A DNA stretch of 64,000 nt, from positions 17,226,752 through 17,290,751 of the forward strand of contig OZ316898.1 of assembly GCA_973895155.1 (NCBI GenBank). Reading direction: 5' to 3'. This DNA comes from Marsupella aquatica. Lineage: Eukaryota > Plantae > Marchantiophyta. The position numbers were made by a program, and so were the translations under genes. How positions within the stretch are numbered: position 1 is the first letter of the stretch; each line of letters begins with the position of its first letter. Below are positions 50,111-63,200 of the stretch, piece after piece. The notes beneath the pieces are model-generated. The model saw nothing but the letters and a program-made list of their open reading frames with translations, was not told the origin of the DNA and made no database searches.

Positions 50111-53100
50111 CATTTAGAGTTGTCCAATTACTTACAGTAGTATGATGACGCTTGTCAAACAGAAATTTGTCTATTGTACCGTACAGGTAAGGCTAATTTT
50201 GGAAGGACCCCATGGAAAGGGAAACGTGACTAGTGGTGTTTGCGGGGGCAAAAAATGCCCAACAGGGAGACAAGATCCCAATGGCAAAGAAACCCAATGA
50301 AGGGAAGGGAAAGAGGGGAAAACTTGATGAATAACAACAGGGAGACAAGATCCCAATGGCAATGCAACCCAATGAAGGGAAGGGAAGGGAAAGAGGGGAA
50401 AACTTGACGAATAACACGTCAAAGTTTTGAGGATTTGAACTACCTTTAAAACTTGTCTAAAATTTTGCTTTTCTCACTTTAATGAACCCCCTTTAAAGTT
50501 TTGTAGTTGATTCATTATTGTTAATGGAGGAATCTGCCTGAAGTCAACCCAAATCTGTCGCACAGATTGAACAGATAAACGCTTCAGAGTTTTGCTTATT
50601 TTGAGTTACTGTGCAGCCCTTCAAAGTTGTCTGAAACCTTATTTTTCTCGCGAAGTTTAATGCACCCCTTAAGTTTTATATTTGATTCATTCATTTTATC
50701 ACTAATATTGTTAATGGAGAAATCCGCTTTGAACCCAAATCTGTCTCACAGATTGACAGATACCGCCCACAAAATACATGAAATCCTCTACTCTCTCCCC
50801 TCCTGCCCTGGGCTCCACACTGCGTGCTCATATATTTAAAATGATACCCGGGAATGATACACACAGTTAGCAATTCAAGGGTACTTTAGCAATTGCCTTA
50901 ATATACTACTCCAAATCTCCCACGGCCCCAAGAAAAGGAGCACACAGCCATGGCCGTGCTTCCTGGCCATAATGTCATCCATCCACTCTGAGCACAAATG
51001 CAAGAATCTAATACATTAAAGTAAGAATGATCCTATAAATTTACTAAATGACAACAACTTGAACACCTTACTTATAAAGCCCAAAGGGGAAACTAGCTAG
51101 AGTAACTAAGGGTCTAGAAGCGAGTAAGGGTCTAGGCTTCTAGAGTGAAGCCTCTACTTAGACCATGACTCTAAGCCCCACCATAATATATGTGTACTTA
51201 TATATGTATAAATATGATCATGATATATTATGTATGACATGAATGAGAATATATGTACATAGACATGATGGTATGCTATGTATATATATATGACATAAAT
51301 GATTGAGTTTTAATCATTCATTAATATAATATTTAAAGGATACATTAGTAAATATATTTTGTGACATTCAACGTTTAACCTGATGGGCAAATTGATGGCT
51401 TGCTGGGCACGTAAAACCATCAAATGACGGCCAAAAAATGTGCAATGTGATGCATATTCCGTCTCATTCCCCCGAACTCCCCCGGACTCTGGCTTGACTG
51501 TCGTCTGTTTATCGAATGGTAACTACGTACATTTCCACTTCTTCACAGCCAATACCATTTTAATCGTATCACGGGGACGTATATCGAGGGACGCTATTTA
51601 GACTTCATCACGCTAGGAATGAGTATTTGTTCCGCTCCCCGAATTGCATATTTTGATCAAGTCTGCTGACTTTCTCACCCTTCACTATTTTTGATCAAGT
51701 CCCGTGGACTTCACTTTCCTCTTGGTCTCTAGTGGAGTGTTGTCACTGCCATTCCGTTGGCTCACAAGGCTGGCCAGACCTTGTAAACTTCTCTCAAGAA
51801 TCCACTTGGTGGGTCCTCTCACGAAAACACGCCAAAATGGTTATGTGAAGAACAGAACTATGAAAGCACCGAAATCATAGCACGTAATGAACTTTGGAGA
51901 GTCAATCTAAATCCATATCTTTTGGTGACAAGTAATACATTGCATGAGTAACCCGGCCTCCTACAACTTCTGCCTTACTAGGACAATGACTACTTCTCAC
52001 CTCACTACTCCAGATTACGTCCTTCTCTATGCTACGAGCTAACGTTTCATCAACACAGTTAGTTCCCTCCTCATTTACTACGGGGGCTCCCCCTAAATAC
52101 TCTCAACCACACCAAGCACACAAGCCCTACAAGGGTGTGGCGGCCACTGCCCTGGCTGGTCGCTACCCCCTGGCGGCGCCGCTAACCTCAAAACCTATCA
52201 TGCGGCACACACATGTATCACCAACCTATCCTATCCTAAGGGAGACTGACGGTGCCTTTGATGGTGCCCACTACCACTCAGAGACTCACTTGAGTCCACC
52301 ACCTCCTATCCTATCTATCTACCTTGACTGTCTACCAGCCTCAATCCTCCTGATCGCCACCACCGGTCCGCCGTAAAGGGAGGGGCCCCTACAATTGTCA
52401 AAACTAAAATTTTCTCAGAATTTACTTCTGAAATAACATCTAAGGAGCCCTCCTCTTCCTGATCACGGATCCGTAAACGGCGCACAAAACGGAGGTCAAA
52501 CGGCCAAGATATGTTTAAGTTTTTACGGGACATTGTCCCCTCCGTTTCGTCCGTACAACACCGGGGGGCCCCGGCTTCTCCCACCACAGGGGTCCTGACT
52601 TTGCTGCTGCCATCTCCATTTCTGGGAAAACACTAGGGTCCCCGGCTACCAGATGTACAGACATCCGTACGGCTCCAACGTGCGGCCTTACCAGAAGCCA
52701 GGCACATATTTAGGCACCCACAGAAGGTAAAATTTGTTCTGTCCTCACCTAGGTTACCGAGGTGAGGGTACAATGTGTGGTACTCTGTGCAGGTGGAGGG
52801 AGTTGGAGGGCAAGAAAGTGCAAAGCAACGTAACTTGTTTTAGTGGCAATTTTTACCAAATTCCACCTCCCCAATAAGCTTTCGTCACTTTTGGCAAAAA
52901 TTCACTACTATTTTCCTGTCTCATTAGCCAATGTTCCACCTAATCACAGGCCCCATTAGCCAGAATTTAACGGTCATCCTTAAATCTAGGGAGATCTAAC
53001 GGTCAGAAAATAATCAGATAATGAATATTTTGAGCATCCTTTGCTTTGGTTTGATCTAGGTGCGACCAATCTATTGCAGAGCCTTTTTCCCACTGCTGGC

Positions 53101-53362
53101 TTGATGCTTCGCCAAGTGGTGGCTTGTTTCACTGCCTCCCTTTCAGAATACTATGTTATGGTTCCCTCTCTTCGTTGAGGCAGAGATTTTGTTTCATTTC
53201 CTTCACACACTAGACATTCCTTACTCTTGCAAAAAAGTAAAAACCATAAAAAAATAAGCTGGTGGAAAGGAAGGAGACCATTCCAGTGGGATGAAAACAA
53301 TTGACCCAAAATTAGGTTCGGTGGGCAAGGACTTACATTGGGTACTATGAGCAAGGCAAAAG

Positions 53363-53429
53363 TACTATGGGCAAGGTAAGAGTACTGCAAGGTAAGAGTA
53401 CTTTGGCTACTCTTACCTTGCCCATAGTA
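53363..53429. repeat. Perfect 22-bp inverted repeat with a 23-nt spacer
   Basis: TACTATGGGCAAGGTAAGAGTA (53363-53384) and TACTCTTACCTTGCCCATAGTA (53408-53429). The spacer contains a further GCAAGGTAAGAGTA copy. Confidence 0.85.
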
Positions 53430-54711
53430 TGCTTACGAGGGTAAAGTACTTTGAGAGGTGAGGGTACCGTGTGCATGTGGAGTGAAGAGCAAGCAAGTGC
53501 AGGATGTGAGACTATTTTGGCTCATCCAAGGGTGATGAAAAATACTCACATGTATTCAACAGCCAGGATGTGCTCCCGCCTTTTTGTCATTTTTGTAAGC
53601 AAAGGATTTTAGGCGGGATCACATAATTATTATAGTGTTTGACTCTTTACACTAATAGCACTTAGTCAGTGGAATTTAAATAGGCTCATTGTTTCAGAGC
53701 CAATTAGTATATAGAAATAATTAGTTAGTACTTGAAGACGACGGAAGTAGAATTCAAATAAGCTCTCTGACTTGTGTGTTGGACGTAGAATTCAAGAAAG
53801 CTCTCGGACTTTTGTGTGTTCCATGGAAGTAACCTTCAATCCATGAGGTGAAAGGTGAACCTTGTATGGCCTGTCTTGACTATCCGCCCAGCACTGCTGA
53901 GCTATTGTCACAGTTTCACAAATATCTTGATTATGCTCCAAGAATATCTTGATTTTAATTACACGACAACTGGCAATAATTGCAGTGCGGGCCGATGCGG
54001 CCTGAGCTTAAAAAATCTGAAGACATTCAAGGAACATTTACTCCTTTTCGTCAATGTGCTTGATTGGAGAAATAGCAGACAGTGTGGTCAACGTGATCCC
54101 AGATATCACCAGACTCAATTGCAGAGCTACACAGACGTCGCCTATTCTTGAAATTGGCAGAACCTTCGCGTTTAGGGGATTATTTGAATGTTGAAGTAAG
54201 ATGAAGAACCGGGTGAAGAACCCATCATGGAGGAATATGTTTTAGAAGAAACTGACAGAGCGCACAACATCAAAAAATGGCCCATACCCAATGACGCGTA
54301 CAACTGAGTGACACAAGATGAATGCAAATCCGTGCCCAAGTTATATAGTATCCCAAAGGGGAGGCGGTGATGAATTACACAAGCTACCAATTGGGAAAAC
54401 CAGCAGTGGAGAAAAAAGCACTGTGCACGTATTTCAAAGTGTAAGACAGCTACTGTAGAAACAGAAAAGATATGATTCAGAAACAGGAGTCAACCAAGTG
54501 TAAGACACTAGAAACAGAAATGATATGATTCAGAAATAGGAGTCCATCTCGCCTATTTAAACCAAAACCGGGAGGCATCAGATGGAAAGGAACAGGGTCA
54601 AGTGCCTCTTGACAGATTGTTTATACATCAGAAGCAGACCTAATAAATTGTAATCAAGCAGAGTATCACATAGTAGGTTACTCTCAGTAGTAAACGCGTA
54701 ATAAATTTTAT

Positions 54712-55053
54712 TTAGATTCCCGCATTTCTAGAAGGAGTTGATCTGTAGCAAATATAGATGCCGTGTGCATGAAGAAAGTCTGGATTACTCATATAGCCGA
54801 GAAACTTTTTCTCTAAGCACCTTCCTTCATCAGAGTTGGATAACTCTGGTGTAGAAAAAAGATAGTGGTAAATACTAGGCGGAGTCACCCTTTGCTCTAC
54901 CAAATGCGACAGTGATGCATCCCGAAAGACACGACTAACACAAGCCAGTCGTGCCACATTCCACGCCGTTAAGAAGCAAAGAATGGACGCTACGCAAGAC
55001 TCTGGAAGATCTCCCAGCCCAGGAGAGGAGTAGTCTTCTGGAGTGATCTCCAT
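54712..55053 (-). pseudogene. F-box-only truncated paralog (copy D)
   Basis: MEITPEDYSSPGLGDLPESCVASILCFLTAWNVARLACVSRVFRDAS. The exon-1 donor (CAG|GTTTGCTAC in copy A) reads TAT-ATTTGCTAC here and no PP2 exons follow. Upstream 55170-55850 is homologous to 41240-41995. Confidence 0.75.
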
Positions 55054-57818
55054 ACCTTCCGCCCGAAAGCAACTAAGCGAGAATATTTTCTTAAGTCTAT
55101 GAGTCCGAAAACAATTAAGCGAGAACATTCTCATTTGTCTATGCGTCTGCAGTGACACAGTGGAGTTAGTGGAGTTAGTGTAGTCCATACGTGTAGATCA
55201 GTAGCATAGATTCGTGCAAAGTGATATCTAAATGGTCTTCAAGCGGTCCTGACCTCTTCTTAGATCATCCAGACCAGCCTAAACTGTACTACGATGTGCG
55301 GAGTTGCAACTCATCTTCAGCGGGAGGCTCCAAAACACTACAAAGTCTGCATAATCGCCCTCCTTTCTCCACAAAGACTCAGCAGCTAGCCAGCGTCCAC
55401 CATGAAAGCCCGTAGTAGCCATCAAATCGTGCACCGGCCGGCCAGCTGCTCTTTGGGTCTCGTTGGGTGCCTAGAATTACCGCTTGACACTACCTAGCAG
55501 GTACGTCGCTATGACAACTGGGCACCAGTCAGGGCCGATCTCCTTGTCGCTGTGAAGGCTCCATTGCAATGCAAGCGCCGAATGTGATGAGTATAGTGAT
55601 CGATCATCGATGAGCCTAGTGAAGGATAGAGAAATCCTAGCTTAAAACTACAACGCAAGTTCGCGACATCGTGGGCAGCTCCGTTTCGTCCTTGAACTGC
55701 TTGGAATTCACGTCTCAGTGGTAGAATAATAATGAGCCCGAGCGATAAGAGATCGGTGACAGCAAGCCTTTAGTTAGAATAACCGCAACGGAACATGCTT
55801 GCGTACGTAACGCAGCGGAATATTATCGTGTCGATAACTCTCGCTTGTGGTCCCTCCGTGACTTAATAAGTGACAAATTTATTCCACCATGAAAAAAAAA
55901 TAGAATGAAAGGAAAGAAAAAGTGTTCACCAAAGAGTAGGAACACCAAACAAGGAAAATTAAAAGCAAGTGCAAATCTAAGAACTGAAGAAAATAAATGG
56001 CCTACCAGTAGTGTCAAACACTACATGTGTGCAAACTCAAGGACTAGTATTCCTTTGTACTTTAGTGACGCTTGTCAAACTGAGTAGAGATACTAGGGGT
56101 GACGCTATTAGTGTGTGTCAAAGCAAGATTAGAGCCAAGGACGGACAATAACAGACATATGTTAACAAATGCCCTAGTTTTGCAGGGCATTAATCCCACA
56201 ATGTCTACTCTATTTCTAATGCATTTTGTGATTTTTCACTTAGTTTGTATTCAAGATCTATGTAGATTGTAACTTTAGGAACATTCGCCTTTATCTTTAC
56301 TAAAGTTAGAATAAATAAAAATCTCTCAGGCCTTTAAGTGTACTCAGATAAGTGTACTAAGGTCCTGTTTTGGAGCGTTATGGACAATAATAGCCTCTCA
56401 AAACTTAGATATATGTCCTCTTTCAAGGCATTATGTCCCATAATGCACTCCAAACAGTACTTTATTGAATATTTAACCCCCTTAATGTTTTCCCTTTCTT
56501 TTCAGTTTCAAAGGAGGTCCTCAGACATCCATAACCCCTTGACCAGCCTAATCAGAATCCCCAGCCAGCCGTGCCCAGTCTCAAATTTTGATGTATATGT
56601 GAAACTAGATGTCAGGATTACACTTGCTATGATGGCCTGGTCCAGGAGGGGGTTATGGGCTTGTAATAAGCTTTAAGCCCTTAGGGCTTAGAGATCTAAA
56701 ACAAGCCACATAAGGATACATGCTACAATTGCGGATAGGCATTTTATTCTCTAAATTTGCTGCTAAAGTTTTTACTCTTCAATCAGTGTCTTGCTAAATA
56801 ATGGAGAAAACACCTGACCTGCACACCAAATGCAAGTTGCTTTTTTATTAATTAGTGCATATTTAGTTGAAGATATCTTGGATGTCGATGGTTCTTTCAT
56901 TGTTGTTTTGCCTATTAGATTACTCTGTAACGGCTTAAAAATAGAATTTGGATGTTTATTTTCTCAATTTATGATGACCCCTTAAGTTGAGTTTCTAATT
57001 CGATTCGTTATTTTTAATGTGGACCTTCAATCCCTTCAATCCAAAACTCTCCCAGATTCAACAGATACAGCCCATGCCCCTGTGCGCCACCTAACGCTGT
57101 ACCATGCCACGTACTCATGTATTTAAATTGGTACACACACGCCTGTGAATTTAATCATTGGCTCTTCAAAGATTAACTACTATAATAGACAATGCCCCCA
57201 AAATGTGTCTGCTTTTGCCTCTTTTGTGCCCTCATTGCTCATAAGAGGCAAGCATACGCCCACAAACTCTTCAATCCCCATATTGATGACTGTCCTCAAG
57301 CCATGACATGTCACATGTGATGAGAAACTTACACTACAAAGAGTACTCACGTTTGAACTCAATGACTGGGGTTGGATAAATCTACTCGAGTTATGAAAAG
57401 GATGCGGGCCAGTGAGTTATATTCAGGGTCTCTAAATTAGTCAATAAGGTTAGCCCTAACTGCAACACAATCATAACTCTAGATCAAAGTAATTCTAACA
57501 AAGTCAAAATGCAATAAAACTAGTACACTAAGGGTTACACACATTTGACCTATGGCCACCCAAGGGTGGCCATGGCGCTACAACTCCATTGGGGTCATTG
57601 GCTACCCCTAAAGTGAGCCCCAACCAGTCAATCCCACATTGCTACCCTGACTTTGCCCACATCAAGTTAGACCCACTTGCTGTCACTCTATGTTAAAACA
57701 AATTAGACTGAAAGGATGGATCCAAGGCCTTGATTCTCTTTTCCAAAATTTTATGATTTTCTGTTCATTTTGGGGCATGTTTTCAACATGTACTGTCTTG
57801 TGATCTCCGTAGTGTGCC

Positions 57819-57996
57819 AAAACACAAACCAAGACCAGTTTTATTTGATCTCATAGTTTGCTATTCACAAATACCTGCAAAACACAAACCAAGACCAGTT
57901 TTATTTGATCTCATAGTTTGCTATTCACAAATACCTGCAAAACACAAACCAAGACCAGTTTCATTTGATTCCATAGTTTGCTACTCACAAATACCT
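57819..57996. repeat. Tandem repeat, 60-bp unit x3
   Basis: AAAACACAAACCAAGACCAGTTTTATTTGATCTCATAGTTTGCTATTCACAAATACCTGC: two identical copies and one with a few substitutions. Confidence 0.95.
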
Positions 57997-58832
57997 TGTC
58001 TTGCTTTGTGTTCCAGCAGTATGGAGGTCACAGAATTAACACACAGAGTCAGTCCTTAATTATAGGACACAGAGTCACTCCTCTTCCAAAACCAAGGCTG
58101 TCTCCGAGCCACTGCCCATCCGAGCTCTTGTGTTGTGGAGACTTTATACTATTGACGAGTCTACTCTTGAATAAAACTTTCCATGTTTGTGTGGACGTAA
58201 CCTTGGAGAAGAGGTGAACCACATATTGATTGTGTCAACTACGGAAACACAAAATTCTGCCACTGCATACGAGAGCGAATCAAGCTAGCAAAGATCACCT
58301 GGAAATGTTGCATCTTGCTGAATGTTGTTGAAGGGTTGTGTGATTGCAAGTGGTACGCTGTCTCTTGAATGTTGGAGAGAAAAGAGACATCACCTATACA
58401 CCGTTTTGCGGGTGCTCAGGTTTGCATTCTCGCATTGGGTGATCTTCGTGAATGGGCAGGTTCAAATCAAAATAGCCATCTCGACTATTCAATAAGAAGA
58501 GCACTCCACAAAAAGTAGTATGTAAAACAAAGTTTATATATAATCTCTCAATAACAACATTGCAATTGTAAATGTTGTCCTTGCCAGGTATAGACAAAGA
58601 TGTAGGACTTATATCACCAAATCCCCAGCTTTCACTAGATAAATAGATTTTTCGTTATCCAAGTGCAGGATTCTAAAGTACCGCTACTCTGACTACCCAA
58701 CTAGGGTAATTGATCACCCAGGTCTCCACTGTTTTGACAACAATGCACGTGGGCTTGCATTTCTACCACTTTGTTCCTCTAATTTGACCATCTCCAGTAG
58801 ACACTCGGGCCCCTGCCCCCAGCCTATCATAA

Positions 58833-60255
58833 CTAACTCAATTTCTGTTTTTCTCGGACAGCCGTGGGACGAATTAAAACACTGTCCAGAAACAATCCAC
58901 TCTTCCAGAAACCACCCTCAACTTGCATCATCGAAAACTTAATGGCAACCGGTGAGTCCCCTCTTTCAACTGTGAATTCGCCAACATCAAGCTCTACCCA
59001 CTTGTTGTCACGGCCCCATGTCCAGAGGAGTTGTAGCCGTCCCTCACCAGACATTCTCCCATTGCTGATTAAGATCTTCTGAAAATTGACAGGTACATGA
59101 CCAGGTCCCTCTAGATGGAATTTCACAGGCTTGTTACTGAATCCTTGGAAGTCATTCATTCCAAGGGAAAAAGATAGTCTCCATGACAAAGTATATGTTC
59201 CTGGAGGAAGAGAGCACTGCAAATTCCCCTGAACTTCAAGCCAACAGACTTTTATCAAATGTGCCACCTCAGCAAACCTGCAGCCTCGAGAGCACAGAAA
59301 TGATCAGACTCCTGTCGATTGCAAAGTTTTCTCTCCAAGATCTCTATTAGGCTCTCGTCTCGATCTACACTGGGCCCTTATCTGTCCCCATTCCCTCCGA
59401 AGCAGGAACTTCTATACTTGTAAAACTTGGAGAGCATTGGGCTGAAAGTGCAATTCGAGGCTTTCTTCCTACACCAAATCGTATCGTATTCAATCATTCA
59501 CGAGAAACAATAACAGTTTTGTATCACAGCTAGTTCCAGATAAACGGAAATCTTCCTGAGAGTAGACAAAAGCCAGGGACTTCGTTTCTACACAGCAATC
59601 ACGATCTGGAATCATCATCGCCATGAGCATCTATCCACAACAGGAAAAATGGATCCCGGCGGAATTGCATACAAGGCAACAAACCAACCTGGAGCCCTCG
59701 CGTTTAGTCCAACTCCAGTAGCGTCGATCATCAGCCCAAACTATGAACAAACCTCGGGCCCCAATGCTTCGACATACTCCTCCAGTTGCTCGATCCAGCC
59801 AAAAGTCCTGGATGATGGTTTATGCCATGTCAGAAAATCAGCCGAACGAATTGAAATCAAGTGGGACTCTCATACGGTAGATTTCTCCTCTTCATTAAAC
59901 ATAATGAACTCTGGGAAATCCCAGCATTTCCCAACAAGCTGCGGAACGAAGTTGAGATGTGGCAAACCTGGGTTCCATTTTCCAGAAGAACTGGAGTAGT
60001 CAGGTAGTCGTAAATCTCTTTCTTTGAACACGAGCTTGCAGGAGCATCAGGAGCCTGAGCGAGAATGTCCTCGTACAAAGGCGGTAGCATCGTTTGCCAT
60101 ACTGAATCCGAGTATGATGCATCCCGAAAGATGCGACTAACACAAGCCAGCCGTGCCACATCCCTCGGCGTCGTCAGGCTGAGAATGGATGCTATGCAAG
60201 ACTCTGGAAGATCTCCCATCCCCAGAGAAGACTGTTCCTCTTGAACAATCTCCAT
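58833..60255 (-). CDS. F-box / PP2 (Nictaba-type lectin) protein, copy B, ~283 aa, 3 exons
   Basis: Exons 60255-59968, 59807-59689, 59277-58833, in frame. F-box GMGDLPESCIASILSLTTPRDVARLACVSR; WLDRATGGVCRSIGARGLFIVWADDRRYWSW; VCWLEVQG; WVELDVGEF; WKSGLFLDSVLIRP. Confidence 0.92.
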
Positions 60256-63200
60256 ACCTGCCGTCCGAAACCAATTGAGCCAGAACATCCACGTACTCAC
60301 CCGCCCGTCTGCTTCAAGTAGTTTGCAAATTTTCCAATTCCAAGGACGATAATCTAGTCTAGTGTCAACCGGCCTCTTATCGTCACTCTCACTTCGTATA
60401 CCGAATGGGTGGTCGTCTTCTGGAAGCTCTGACCTGTTCTAAAACTACTTGCCTCTAACCTTCACTCGGGTGTCCAAAGTGTGTACTCATTATTAGGAAG
60501 CTGTGACCTCAATCTTATAAAAGCAAGCGGCCTCTAATCTTCACTGAAGGTAGGTCTCAGGATTAAATAATCCTCATCTAATTCCGGTTCTACTTGTTCT
60601 AAATTCTACCGGCTCCTTATCTTCCCTGTAAATTCTTTGCATCGAATTGGGACTGGTCTTCAGGAGGCTGTTCTGTAATCAATCGGGCCTTCCTCACTTG
60701 TGAGTCGGTGAACGCAGATGGAACTCGTCTTCAGCAGGACGCTTCAACACATGACAAATTCTGTAACTGCTCTTGTTTCTCTACGCTGCCGCAGCTCGGG
60801 TCCACTCTGAAAGGCTACAGTAATCATCATTGAAAGTTTCGTTGCCTGAATTGTAGTCCGGCGTAACCTCCTCCTGAATGTCGAGCTTGAGAAACGACCG
60901 TGGTTTGGTCAGCTGGATGTAAACAAAGTGGGAAGTCGCCAGCAGCTTTGATAGCATGGGGCCGGAGCAGGTCTTCAACATTTTGTAGGCTCCTCCGTTT
61001 CGTCCTGAAAGCTTCCTTGCAATTGAAGTATTGCTATGACGGTGAGCCCCAGTGAAACGGATCGAAGCGGTCGGTGACAGCAAGCTTTCATCAACGTCAG
61101 CACAACAGAACATCTGCGCCATACCAACGCAACAATCTACTGTTCATAGACAAGTGTCTAGTCTTTGTTTCCAGCTTCCCCAACTCGACAACGCAACAAA
61201 TTGGACAAACCCTCTAAAGATCTGCGAGTTGTACAAGCTCTGTCCGGCTGTAGTGTTTTTGGGAGATTATTGGGATTTTTTATCTTCTTGGGCATTGCAA
61301 TTGTTTACTCCTTTATTGATTGGGTATCTTCTCTTTGCGATTATCTCCAGGTTTAGAGCCTTCCATGTTTTGCAGTGTGATGTACACTAAGATCTGAGAG
61401 TTGTACAAGCTCCCATAGGAGTTTATATTACAATTTTTTCTCCAATAATCATGCTGCCCTAGACTCTCAAGGAAAGAGTGCGTCGAAGTAGTTGCACATC
61501 AAAAAGCATAAAAAAAGTAGCTGCCAGATACTTACAAGTAGTTGCACATCAAAAAGCAGCTACTAGATACTTTGAAGGAACGGAAACAACACTCAATGAT
61601 TTAACACTTAGAAGGAACAACACTCAATGCTATAACAGAGAATATGAGTTTATTGTGGTATGGAAAATCCGTCCAACTACACTCAATGATATAACAGAAC
61701 AATTGGGTTTATGTACACCGTATGATACCTCGTTTTGGTGTGCATTTACCAGAAAGGGGAAACAATGGAGCATGAACTATTCTCGTCCTTGACATAACGT
61801 CCAAAAATGCAACCCGTATACGTTTAAGATGTGTTATTGTGGGCACCTCGGAAGACATAAATTTTTAATTTTCAAGAAGCTACTTCACTAGAAGAAAATA
61901 TAAAGAGGATGAATATTGTACAAAGGACAAGGAAGCAGTGACTTTAGGGTTTGAATTGCTACTCAATTCGTTCATGCCCACTTTCAATCCTATCGTAGTC
62001 TGCATGGAACTCCAGAAATTGGCCCCATCCATGCCGAAACGGTTTTAGTGTCTTCAGTTTAGTAAAATTCTTTTTCTTACAAACATGTAGGTTGAAGCCA
62101 AAGTTTTGTTTGTGCGGTTTGATCTTGCAATGTAAGGGGTTTACCTTTCAGGTCGTTGTGCAGATTGCTGACAAAGACAAGCTGCAGTGGAGACTCCACC
62201 AATAAATTTGGATTCAGACAGCCAATTGAAATTGGTCAGTGCAATTGGTCAGTGCAATGCAACGTCCGTTAGTCGGATCGTTCACTCACCCTGTTCTTCC
62301 CCTTGAAACAACCGATCACACTTCGATTCGTAAGATGTTACTGACCTGTTACTGGTCATGGCAGCAATTAAAGTTGACAAGATTTCTTCAAAACGACTAT
62401 TCTGACGGCATAGCTTGTGCGGAGATTCAATAATGTTCAAATGTTAGGTAACATTAATCAGTGAAACCCAGTAGTGATCTATCAGTGCCTGATAAACCGA
62501 CCTTGTGGCTTTTGCAGACCACCATTTCATTGCCTGGAGGTAGTGAATATCTAACAGAGAAGCCTCTGATTTTGGTCTACCAATGAGCTTGCTCTCACGA
62601 CAAGTCTTTGTCTATGATTAGTTAGAGCATTAGATTCAGTTCATTTGTGAATGTGCTGCATACCCTACGAAGATGCAAAGCTATAGATGACAGGAAGCCG
62701 GGATACCAGCTATGTCGCCTTTCTTGACTAATTTTTGAAACGGAATCAAGAAAACCCGCGAACTCAAAATACTAGAATCAACGATCCAGCCTCTGCATCA
62801 ATCTTTTCGCATTGGTAGGACCACTCCTTGCGGATGCTATGGACTACTTCATCTCCTAGATTCGGTCGTGGTGAATGAAATTTCAAGTTTGGAATGATTG
62901 TATCAGAGACGATCGTCCTCTTGGATGCAGAAGGCGGTTCTACGTTGCTCGTCCGACAAAGCTTGACAGGGGATAGGTCAGATATCGTTCTTGTCCAACG
63001 TAAGCTTCTAACTTAGCCCGAGATTCAGGACAGAAGTTGATCCTTCATTCACTAAGCCTAGTAGAATTATAGAATTGTCTTGGGAAAGAGGGGCCTTTCA
63101 ATGGAAACATTAATAACAGTGGGTCATTGCATATAGTTGCAGTACGAAAAATGTTGAAGGTTCACCATATGGGGTCCCGACCATCGATCTTGACTAGAAA

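Noticed and set aside
57814-58059. Repetitive 81-aa ORF (PAKHKPRPVLFDLIVCYSQI)n
   Set aside because: It is a translation artefact of the 60-bp tandem repeat and has no ATG start.
60781-61122. 113-aa ATG ORF upstream of F-box copy B
   Set aside because: It has no recognisable domain, and the homologous regions upstream of A and D do not keep this frame. At most it is a uORF.
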